NCBI GenBank assembly: GCA_950097015.1
Contig: CATNEN010000003.1
Location: forward strand, 10,788,001 to 10,852,000
DNA length: 64,000 bases
Source of the DNA: Macrostomum hystrix
Taxonomy: Eukaryota > Animalia > Platyhelminthes
Reading direction: 5' to 3'
Positions 34,701-46,146 of this stretch are shown piece by piece. The first letter of the stretch is position 1, and every line of letters starts with the position of its first letter. Below the pieces are notes generated by a model. The model did no database searches. It was given only the letters and a program-made list of their open reading frames with translations, and had not been told where the DNA came from. A program made the translations under genes and the position numbers.

Positions 34701-37700
34701 TCTGAATCATGGCAAAACCAGAGTCTGAATCATGGCTAAACCAGAGTTTGAATCATGGCTAAACCAGGGTCTGAATCATGGCTAAAACAGAGTTTAAATC
34801 ATGGCTAAACCAGAGTCTGAATCATGGCTAAACCAGAGTTTGAATCATGGCTAAACCAGAGTCTGAATCATGGCTAAACCAGAGTCTGAATCATGGCTAA
34901 ACCAGAGTCTGAATCATGGCAAAACCAGAGTCTGAATCATGGCTAAACCAGAGTTTGAATCATGGCTAAACCAGGGTCTGGATCATGGCTAAAACAGAGT
35001 TTAAATCATGGCTAAACCAGAGTCTGAATCATGGCTAAACCAGAGTTTGAATCATGGCTAAACCAGAGTCTGAATCATGGCTAAACCAGAGTCTGAATCA
35101 TGGCTAAACCAGAGTTTGAATCATAGCTAAACCAGAGTCTGAATCATGGCTAAACCATAGTCTGAATCATGGCTAAACCAGAGTTTGAATCATGGCTAAA
35201 CCAGAGTCTGAATCATGGCTAAACCAGAGTCTGAATCATGGCTTAACCAGAGTCTGAATCATGGCTTAACCAGAGTTTGAATCATGGCTAAACCAGAGTC
35301 TGAATCATGGCTAAACCAGAGTCTGAATCATGGCTAAAACAGCGTCTGAATCATGGCTAAACCAGAGTTTGAATCATGGCTAAACCAGAGTTTGAATCAT
35401 GGCTTAACCAGAGTTTGAATCATGGCTAAACCAGAGTCTGAATCATGGCTTAACCAGAATTTAAATCATGGCTAAACCAGAGTCTGAATCATGGCTTAAC
35501 CAGAGTTTGAATCATGGCTAAACCAGAGTCTGAATCATGGCTAAACCAAAGTTTGAATCATAGCTAAACCAGAGTTTGAATCATGGCTAAACAAGCGTCT
35601 GAATCATGGCAAAACCAGAGTTTGAATCATGGCTAAACCAGAGTTTGAATCATAGCTAAACCAGAGTCTGAATCATAGCTAAACCAGCGTTTGAATCATG
35701 GCTAAACCAGAGTTTGAATCATGGCTAAACCAGAGTTTGAATCATGGCTAAACCAGCGTTTGAATCATGGCTAAACCAGAGTTTGAATCGTGGCTAAACC
35801 AGAGTTTGAATCACGGCTAAACCAGAGTTTGAATCATGGCTAAACCAGAGCTTAAATCATGGCTAAACCAGCGTCTGAATCATGGCTAAACCAGAGTCTG
35901 AATCATGGCAAAACCAGAGTCTGAATCATGGCTAAACCAGCGTCTGAATCATGGCTTAACCAGAGTTTGAATCATGGCTAAACCAGAGTTTGAATCATGG
36001 CTAAACCAGAGTCTGAATCATGGCTAAACCAGAGTTTAATTCATGGCTAAACCAGAGTCTGAATCATGGCTTAACCAGAGTTTGAATCATGGCTAAACCA
36101 GAGTTTGAATCATGGCTAAACCAGAGTTTGAATCATGGCTAAACCAGAGTCTGAATCATGGCTAAACCAACGTTTGAATCATGGCTAAACCAGAGTCTGA
36201 ATCATGGCTAAACCAGAGTTTCAATCATGGCTAAACCAGCGTCTGAATCATGGCTAAACCAGCGTCTGAATCATAGCCAACCAGAGTTTGAATCTTGGCT
36301 AAACCAGAGTTTGAATCATAGCCAACCAGAGTCTGAATCATGGCAAAACGAGAGTTTGAATCATGGCTAAAGCAGACTTTAAATCATCACAGCGTCTGAA
36401 TCATGGCTAAACCAGAGTTTGAATCATGGCTAAATTAGAGTTTGAATCATGGTAAAACGAGAGTTTGAATCATAGCCCACCAGGGTTTAAAACATGGCGA
36501 AACCTGAGTTTGAATCTTGGCTAAAGCAGACTTTAAATCATCACAGCGTCTGAATCATGGCTAAACCAGAGTTTGAATCATGGCTAAATTAGAGTTTGAA
36601 TCATGGTAAAACGAGAGTTTGAATCATAGCCCACCAGGGTTTAAAACATGGCGAAACCTGAGTTTGAATCTTGGCTAACCCAGCGTTTGAAAAATCAACG
36701 TCAACTGGGGAGTCATCATCAAAATGGGGATCAAGGTAAACTGGGGGATAATCGTCAACTGGAGGATCTTGGTAAACTGGGGGATAATTGTCAACTGGGG
36801 GATCATCATCAACTGGGGGATCATCATCAACTGGGGGATCATTGTGAACTGGGGGATCTTTGTCAACTGGGGGATCTTTGTCGACGGGGGGATCATTGTC
36901 AAATGGGGGATCATTGTCAACTGGGGGATCGTTGTCAACTGGGGTTTCATTGTCAACTGGGGGATCATTGTCAACTGGGGGATCATTGTCAAATGTGGGA
37001 TCATTTTCAACTGGGGGATCTTTGTCAACTGGGGGTTCATTGTCAACTGGGGGTTCATTGTCAACTGGGGGATCATTGTCAACTGGGGGATCATTGTGAA
37101 CTGGGGGATCATTGTCAACTGGGGGGTAATGGTCAACTGGGGGATAATTGTCAACTGGGGAATCATCATCAACTGGGGATCATCATCAACTGGGGGATCA
37201 TCATCAACTGGGGGATCATTGTGAACTGGGGGATCTTTGTCAACTGGGGGATCATTGTCAACTGTGGGATAATTGTCAACTGGGGGATCATTGTCAACTG
37301 GGGGATCATTGTCAACTGGGGGATCATTGTCAACTGGGGGATAATTGTCAACTGGGGGATCATTGTCAACTGGGGGATCATCATCAACTGGGGGATCATT
37401 GTCAACTGGGGGTTCATTGTCAACTGTGGGATCATTGTCAACCGGCGGGATCATTGTCAACTGTGGGATCATTGTCAACTGGGGGATCATTGTCAACTGG
37501 GGGATCATTGTCAACTGGGTGATCATCATCAACTGGGGGATCATTGTCAACTGGGGGAACATTGTCAACTGGAGGAACATTGTTAACTAGGGATCATCAT
37601 CAATGGGGAGACTTCATCAACTGGGGGATCATTGTGAACTGGGGGATCTTTGTTAACTGGGGGATCATTGTCAACTGGGGGATCATTCTCAACTGGGGGA

Positions 37701-40700
37701 TCATTCTCAACTGGGGGATCATTGTCAACTGGGTGATCATCATCAACTGGGGGATCATTGTCAACTGGGGGAACATTGTCAACTGGAGGAACATTGTTAA
37801 CTAGGGATCATCATTAATGGGGAGACTTCATCAACTGGGGGATCATTGTGAACTGGGGGATCTTTGTTAACTGGGGGATCATTGTCAACTGGGGGATCAT
37901 TCTCAACTGGGGGATCATTGTCAACTGGGGGATCATTTTCAACTGGGGGATCATTTTCAACTGGGGGATCATTTTCAACTGGGGGATCATCATCAACTGG
38001 GGGATCATCATCAACTGGGGGATCTTTGTCAACTGGGGGATCATTGTCAACTGGGGGATCATTGTCAACTGGGGGATCATTGTCAACTGGTGGATCGTTG
38101 TCAACTGGGGGTTCATTGTCAACTGGGTGATCATCATTAACTGGGGGATCATTGTCAACTGGGGGAACATTGTCAACTGGAGGAACATTGTTAACTGGGG
38201 ATCATCATCAATGGGGAGTCATCATCAACTGGGGGATCATTGTTAACTGGAGGATCTTTGTCAACTGGGGGATCATTGTCAACTGGGGGATCATTTTTTA
38301 ACTGTGGGATCATTGTCAACTGGGGGATCATTGTCAACGGGCGGGATCATTGTCGACTGGGGGATCATTGTCAACTGGGGGATCATTTTCAACTGGGTGA
38401 TCATCATCAACTGGGGGATCATCATCAACTGGGGGATCATTGTCAACTGTGGGATCATTGTCAACTGGGGGATCATTGTCAACTGGGGGATCATCATCAA
38501 CTGGGGGATCATTGTGAACTGGGGGTTCATTGTCAACTGTGGGATCATTGTCAACGGGCGGGATCATTGTCAACTGGGGGATCATTGTCAACTGGGGGAT
38601 CATTTTCAACTGGGTGATCATCATCAACTGGGGGATCATCATCAACTGGGGGATCATTGTCAACTGGGGGATCATTGTCAACTGGGGGTTCATTGTCAAC
38701 TGGGGGATCATTGTCAACGGGGGGATGATTGTCAACTGGGGGATCATCATCAACTGGGAGATTATCATCAACGAGGGGATCATTGTCAACTGGGGGTTCA
38801 TTGTAGCTTTAAAAAGCTGTAAATTCAGCTGCTAAAAAGTATATACTAGACGAATTAAAAGTATTTCTGCTCCCCGAAGGGGGGCAAAACTTGCTAGTCC
38901 ACTATACTAAAAATGAAATGCTTGCTTGCTTGGTTGGTTGGTTGGTTGTAATTGATTTTCTCCCGAACGGCTCAACCGATTTTCACCATTTCTTCACCAA
39001 AAGATGCCAAATATGGGGACAATTATACACGTAGTTTTATTAAGCTTAACTTTATTGCTAACTGGATTAAATATTCGAAAAACATGATTTTTCAAAGGTC
39101 AAACAATCTTGGCCTATTGAGAATTTTACTCACTGCCACTGAATTAGAATTGCATCGTCAAATTGCGCAACAACCCCTAGCTGATTGAATTTGAAGCCTG
39201 CACTCTGGAGACAAATTGGAAATAAATGTACACAACCAACCGCGAGACTGAGTGTACTCTATTTTCTTACTTCATTGTACAAAGCCAGAAATTTGAGAAT
39301 TCATTCTATAAGGCTGATTTTTGCGACCACTAATCAACAGTCGGAATAGCCGATGTGTAGGCACTAGGAATAGGGTGAGGCTAGGCTAGGGTTCGATTCA
39401 TTTAGACTATTTTTTTCAGCCAGTAGTGATTGAAGAATATTTCAATTTATTTTTTTCACTTCGTAAATAAAATATCATAAATCATAGCAAATCTGAGTTT
39501 GAATCATTGCGAAAATAGAGTCTGAATCGTGGCTAAACCAGAGTCTGAATCACGGCTAAACCAGAGTTTCAATCATGGCTAAACCAGATCTTGAATCATG
39601 ACTAAACCAGAGTTTAAATCATGGCTAAACCATCGTTTGAATGGTTGGGGTTCATTGTCAACTGGGGTTCATTGTCAACTGGGGGATCATAGTCAACTGG
39701 GGGATCATTGTCAACTGGGGGATCATCATCAACTGGCGGATCATTGTCAACTGGGGGTTCATTGTCAACTGTGGGATCATTGTCAACGGGCGGGATCATT
39801 GTCAACTGGGGAATCATTGTCAACTGGGGGATCATTGTCAACTGGGGGATCATTGTCAACTGGGTGATCATCATCAACTGGGGGATCATTGTCAACTGGG
39901 GGAACATTGTCAACTGGAGGAACATTGTTAACTGGGGATCATCATCAATGGGGAGTCATCATCAACTGGGGGATCATTGTGAACTGGGGGATCTTTGTTA
40001 ACTGGGGGATCATTGTCAACTGGGGGATCATTGTCAACTGGGGGATCATTGTCAACTGGGGGATCATTGTCAACTGGGGGATCATTGTCAACTGGGGGAT
40101 CATTGTCAACTGGGGGTTCATTGTGAACTGGGGGATCTTTGTCAACTGGGGGATCATTGTCGACTGTGGGATCATTGTCAACTGGGGATCATTGTCGACT
40201 GCGGGATCATTGCTAACTGGGGAATCATTGTCAACTGGGGGATCATTGTCGACTGCGGGATCATTGCTAACTGGGGGATCATTGTCAACTGGGGGATCAA
40301 TGTAGAATTAAAAAGCTGTAAATTCAGCTGCTAAAAAGTATACAATAGACGAATTAAAAATATTTCTGCTCCCCGAAGGGGGGCAAAACTTGCTAGTCCA
40401 CTATACTAAAAATGAAATGCTTGCTTGGTTGGTTGGTTGGTTGGTTGGTTGGTTGGTTGGTTGGTTGGTTGGTTGGTTGTAATTGATTTTCTCCTGAACA
40501 GCTCAACCGATTTTCACCATTTCTTCACCAAAAGATGCTAAATATGGGGAGAATTATACACGTATTTTTATTAAGCTTAACTTTATTGCTAAGGGGATTA
40601 AATATTCGAAAAACATGATTTTTCAAAGGTCAAACCATCTTGGCCTATTGAGAATTTTACTCACTGCCACTGAATTAGAATTGCATCGTCAAATTGCGCA

Positions 40701-43700
40701 ACAACCCCTAGCTGATTGAATTTGAAGCCTGCACTCTGGAGACAAATTGGAAATAAATGTACACAACCAACCGCGAGACTGAGTGTACTCTATTTTCTTA
40801 CTTCATTGTACAAAGCCAGAACTTTGAGAATTCATTTTATAAGGCTGATTTTTGCACCCACTAACCAACAGTCGGAATAGCCGATGTGTAGGCACTAGGA
40901 ATAGGTTAGGCTAGGCTAGGGTTCGATTCTGCACTGCGTCAAATCATTTAGACTAATTTTCAGCCAGTAGTGATTGAAGATTATTTTAATTTATTTTTTT
41001 CATTTCGTAAATAAAATATCATAAATCATAGCAAACCTGAGTTTGTCATAGAAAACCTGAGTTTGAATCATGGCTAAACCATAGTCTGAATCATGGCTAA
41101 ACCATAGTCTGAATCATGGCTAAACCAGAGTTTGAATCATGGCTAAACCAGAGTCCGAATCATGGCTAAACCAGAGTCTGAATCATGGCTAAACCAGAGT
41201 TTGAATCATGGCTAAACCAGAGTCCGAATCATGGCTAAACCAGAGTCCGAATCATGGCTAAACCAGAGTCCGAATCATGGCTAAAGCAGAGTTTGAATCA
41301 TGGCTAAACCAGAGTCCGAATCATGGCTTAACCAGAGTTTGAATCATGGCTAAACCAGAGTTTGAATCATGGCTAAAAACCAGAGTTTGAATCATAGCCA
41401 ACCAGAGTTTGAATCATTGCTAAACCAGAGTTTCAATCATGGCTAACCCAGCGTTTGAATCATAAACCAGAACTGGGGGATAATTGTCAACTGGGGGATC
41501 ATTGTCAACTGGAGGATCATTGTCAACTGGGGGATAATTGTCAACTGGGGGATAATTGTAAACTGTGGAATCATCATCAAATGGGGGATCATGGTCAACT
41601 GGGGATCATCATCAATTGGGAGTCATCATCAAATGGGGGTTCATAGTCAACTGAGAGATAATTGTCGACTGGGGGATCATTGTCAACTGGGAGATCATTG
41701 TCAACTGGGGGATCACTGTCAACTGCGTGATCATCATCAACTGGGGGATCATTGTCAACTGTGGGAACATTGTCAACTGGGGGAACATTGTCAACTGCGT
41801 GATCATCATCAATTGGGGGATTATTGTCAACTTGGGGATCATTGTCAACTTGGGGATCATTGTCAACTGGGGGATCATTGTCAACTGGGGATCATTATCA
41901 ACTGGGGGATCATTGTCAACTGGGGGATCATTGTCAACTGGGGGTTCTTTGTCAACTGGGGGATCATTGTCAACTGGGGGATCATTGTCAACTGGGGGAT
42001 CATTATCAACTGATCATTGTAGCGCAAAAAAGGCTGAAAATGCAGCTGCTAAAAAGTATATACTGGACGAATTAAAAATATTTCTGCTCCCCGAAGGGGG
42101 GCAAAACTTGCTAGTCACGTACTAAAAATAGACAATTAACACGCGATGACGTCAGTTTGTAATTTAAGCCGCAGAGGGAGGTCTTTAGGTGCTTGTCGTG
42201 TTTAAAAATCTCCAACGCAGACTGACGATGAGTGTCAGTAGCAGATACAAACACAAGTGTGAGTGTGTGCTCAGGAGTCAGCGAAATGAACATGGGATTG
42301 CTTCCTTACTGGCTGCGGGTCTCAGTAATCTTTATTAAATCGGAACTCATCCTTCGGAGAAGGTTCAGGGGATAAAACTCCCATCGCCTTAATTCTATCA
42401 ATCAAACTTAAACTCCCATTCTTCCTTCTCTATTTCCTCCCGCTCAATACTTTTTTTTAAACACAAGTCATTTCAGTGAGTAAATATTTAAACAAAAAAG
42501 CGAATCGGCTTACCTGTTTATTACTATTTGCCATTTGTACTTGAATCAGCATGCGGTCCAAATTAACCAACTGCTGCTTTCGCTCGTCTAACAATGTCTC
42601 TGTGGCTTTGGTGCGTCGCATTACAGCCAGCGCTTTGTCTTTGCGTCCCTCGCGCAGCAGTCTGCGGCACTCGTCCCGGCCAGCGGCTAAACGAAGCTTC
42701 AACTGTTGCTCCTCAGATTCCAGAGTTTTAATCGTGTGCACCAGATGCAGAATGCTATTGGCTGTTGCAACATCTGAGGCTATGGCCGCCTTGTCTGTTA
42801 GGGGACAGTCCATGGAGCGAGACCACACTAGTAGGTCCTCGGAGCCAGCGCGACCCACCTAAGCAATGTTCCAGGTGAAAACTAAATTTGAATCCTTACT
42901 TAGCCAGGACATTCACTTCTAACCTATCAGAATCCTCAAATAGCCCTGACCAATCAGAATCCTTATTCAGTTCTAATCAATCAGAGTCCTCTACTACCCC
43001 TCACCAATCAGAATGCTCATCGAGTTCTATCCAATCAGAATCCTCATTCATTTCTAACCAATCAGAGTCCTCTACTACCCCTCACCAATCAGAATGCTCA
43101 TCGAGTTCTAATCAGTCAGAATGCTCATCCAGCTCTGACGAATCAGAATCCTCCTTAAGTTCAAACAAATCAGAATCCTCATCCACTTCCAACCAATCAG
43201 AACCTCTTCCAGCTCTAACCAATCAGAATCCTTTAGCAGCCCTGACCAATCAGAATGCAGCTAGGGCATCCACACAAACCTGAACAGTTCTGGTGTGCAG
43301 TAATCCGGCAGAGGTAAGCCTCTGCATGAGCAATCGCCTAGTTGGCTGATGCGGACAAATCGATATGAGGTAGCGCTCGAAATCTCGTTTGCGACACACG
43401 TTTAAACTCGGAGCGAAACGATGAGGCGGAGAGGCTGGGTCCTGAAAATTAACCGAGCGAATGAGGTTGTAAAATAAGCTTGCAAAAAGTAACAAATTGG
43501 GCAGCATCAAAACTCTACTTACAGTCAAGTGAGTAGTATGATCGTGTTCAGCAGCTGCCGCCTGTTGTAGTCCTTCAAAGATTTCCTTCGTCAGGCTGCG
43601 AAGAACGCCTGCGTGAATCAGCTCATGCCGATCTGGCAGGCTTGGCGGTAACTGATCAGATTGCTGCGAATCGTAACCGAGCGCTCCCCAGGCAATCGCG

Positions 43701-44675
43701 ATTGGTCGACGTACTAGCCAATCATAGGCGGCGCCGGTCACACTGCCGCATGGAATTGAAATGTGCAGATTATTTGGGCGTAAAATTGGGTGATATTTAG
43801 GATGTAAAATCGGGAGATAGTTGGGATCTAAAATGGGGAGATAGTTGGTATGTAAAATGCGTAGATAGATGGGATGTGAAATGAGTAGCAAGTTAAGATG
43901 TGAAATGAATAGATAGTTGGGATGTGAAATGGGGAGCTAGTTGGAATGTGAAATGAGTAGATAGTTGGGATGTGAAATGAGTAGATAGTTGGGATGTGAA
44001 ATGAGTAGATAGTTGGAATGTGAAATGAGTAGATAGTTGGGATGTGAAATGAGTAGATAGTTGGGATGTGAAATGAGTAGATAGTTGGGATGTGAAATGA
44101 GTAGATAGTTGGGATGTGAAATGAGTAGATAGTTGGGATGCGAAATGGGGAGCTAGTTAGAATGTAAAATATGGAGCTGATTGGGATGGGATGTAGGATG
44201 TGAAATGGGGAAACAGTTTAGAGTGTGAAATGGGGATTGGTTGGGAACAACCCGCAAGGCAGAGGGTGCTTATCAGCAACCAGTGGGTTACTCACCTGCC
44301 AGCCAACCCCTTCTGCTTCTGGGTTTCCTCATTAGGATCCACCAGTTTGTCATCCTCGTGAGCAGCGGTAGCGGAGTTGCTGAGCATATGGCTGAGCACA
44401 GCGGGCAGGCACTCAGGCTCAAAGTCTTTGCCAACACTGTTGAATCGTTTCCGCAGAAGGTGCTTTAAGTCGTCGGCGCTTAAAGCGGCAATTTTATTTA
44501 AGCGACAGAAATTCAACAACAGCCTGCTCCAGAATTTCATTCGCCGATCAAAACTCTCGGGATCAACTGACCGGGGCCGTTTGAATGTTTGAAATAAAGG
44601 ATAGACTGCTTCATCGTCCTGCCATTCAGACGGAAGGCAGCTGTAGTCTAGAGCAGATGAATTCTGTGATTTCAT
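31703..44675 (-). CDS. CHMP7: Charged multivesicular body protein 7 (ESCRT-II/III hybrid); exons 44675-44296, 43742-43523, 43441-43280, 42858-42514, 32128-31703
   Basis: N-terminal LPSEWQDDEAVYPLF...VDPESFDRRMKFW and WLVRRPI (CHMP7 winged-helix region). Snf7 core LLREGRKDKALAVMRRTK...ANSNKQ|VLDAFK...DDSELESELDRL. Splice phases are compatible. Confidence 0.9.
32900..36690. repeat. 23-bp satellite array inside Helitron copy 1 (~165 units)
   Basis: GAATCATGGCTAAACCAGAGT(C/T)T. Confidence 0.97.
36700..38803. repeat. 18-bp satellite array inside Helitron copy 1
   Basis: GGGGGATCATTGTCAACT. Confidence 0.97.
38898..40396 (+). mobile_element. Non-autonomous Helitron copy 2 (1.5 kb)
   Basis: Same termini and internal order, with short arrays; joined CTAG|TCCAC to copies 1 and 3. 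Confidence 0.88.
40397..42114 (+). mobile_element. Non-autonomous Helitron copy 3 (1.7 kb)
   Basis: Same termini; longer (GGTT)n; ends CTAG|T. Confidence 0.88.
42915..43257. repeat. Degenerate 27-bp repeat with CCAATCAG core
   Basis: About 13 units in a CHMP7 intron. Confidence 0.85.
43760..44240. repeat. 24-bp intronic minisatellite
   Basis: GGGATGTGAAATGAGTAGATAGTT. Confidence 0.93.
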
Positions 44676-44727
44676 CGCCAATGTCTGCTTCTGTTGAGCT
44701 GAAAGGCGAAACGTAAATTGTAGAGAA

Positions 44728-45500
44728 TGGCAATGACCGATATAAATGCTTGAGTAGGTGGGGCAATGACCGATATAAATGCTTGAGTAGGTGGGGTAGT
44801 GACCGATATGAAATGTCTGAGTAGGTGGGGCAATGACCGATATGAAATGCTTGAGTAGGTGGGGCAATGACCGATATGAAATGTCTGAGTAGGTGGGGTT
44901 ATGACCGATATGAAATGTCTGAGTAGGTGGGGTTATGACCGATATGAAATGTCTGAGTAGGTGGGGTTATGACCGATATGAAATGTCTGAGTAGGTGGGG
45001 TTATGACCGATATGAAATGTCTGAGTAGGTGGGGTAATGACCGATATGAAATGTCTGAGTAGGTGGGGCAATGACGGATATGAAATGTCTGAGTAGGTGG
45101 GGCAATGACCGATATGAAATGTCTGAGTAGGTGGGGCAATGACCGATAAGAAATGTCTGAGTAGGTGGGGTTATGACCGATATAAAGTGTCTGAGTAGGT
45201 GGGGTTATGACCGATATGAAATGTCTGAGTAGGTGGGGTAATAATGACCGATATAAAGTGTCTGAGTAGGTGGGGTAATGACCGATATGAAATGTCTGAG
45301 TAGGTGGGGTTATGACCAATATGAAATGTCTGAGTAGGTGGGGTAATAATGAACGATAAGAAATGTCTGAGTAGGTGGGGCAATAACCGATATGAAATGT
45401 CTGAGTAGGTGGGGTAATGAACGATATGAAATGTCTAAGTAGGTGGGGCAATGACCGATATGAAATGTCTGAGTAGGTGGGGGTAATGACCTATATGAAT
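44728..45500. repeat. 34-bp minisatellite upstream of the CHMP7 start exon
   Basis: GACCGATATGAAATGTCTGAGTAGGTGGGG(C/T)(A/T)AT. Confidence 0.95.
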
Positions 45501-45693
45501 TGAAGTGTAAAGACGGACCCTAAAAGTTAAAATTAAAGTTTGGCAATGACTATTCAAATAATCTAAAAAGACTAAGATAATACTTACATGGATAATGTAA
45601 TATTTCAAAAGTAAGTGAAAACCAAAATTTTCGGAAAGTTTTCGTACAATAAAGATACCAAAACAAAATTAGCGAATGAAGGATCAATCAATA

Positions 45694-45727
<34 letters not shown>

Positions 45728-46146
45728 CAGTTTTTAAGCCACAAACAACATTTTACCATATCCAAGGATTCTCAAAATCACTAAAAAATTAGTGATTACA
45801 AACTTGACTATGCAATTATCATTCTGTTTAAATATTTAAGCGCGTTTGCACATCAGTAATCGAGTGAATAAAAAATTGACTAAAATGAATTGCACAAGCA
45901 AGTATGTATTTTTCTGAATTGCAGAACACAATGTAATAAGTAGTAAGTAATGTAATGAGTAGTGTAATAAGTAATAAGATAATTACACAAAAAATTGTTG
46001 ACATTTGAGTATTCTAGTTTCGAACAAAAACTGTACAAGAACAGTTCTATTTGTGACCAGATTTTTAGAGATGATAAACAAAAAATGTTTTTAATCAGCA
46101 ACAAGCTGCAAACTAGAAATCAAATCAGACTAGCCAATGGTGAGAT

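Larger units (their letters stand above)
32293..38897 (+). mobile_element. Non-autonomous Helitron copy 1 (6.6 kb) carrying 23-bp and 18-bp satellites
   Basis: 5' TCCACTATACTAAAAATG; (GCTT)/(GGTT) microsatellite; 3' hairpin GCTCCCC-GAA-GGGGGGC then AAAACTTGCTAG; no TIR or TSD. Confidence 0.88.

Noticed and set aside
32900-43257. CRISPR-like appearance of short repeats
   Set aside because: No unique spacers, no cas genes, and a eukaryotic intron context.
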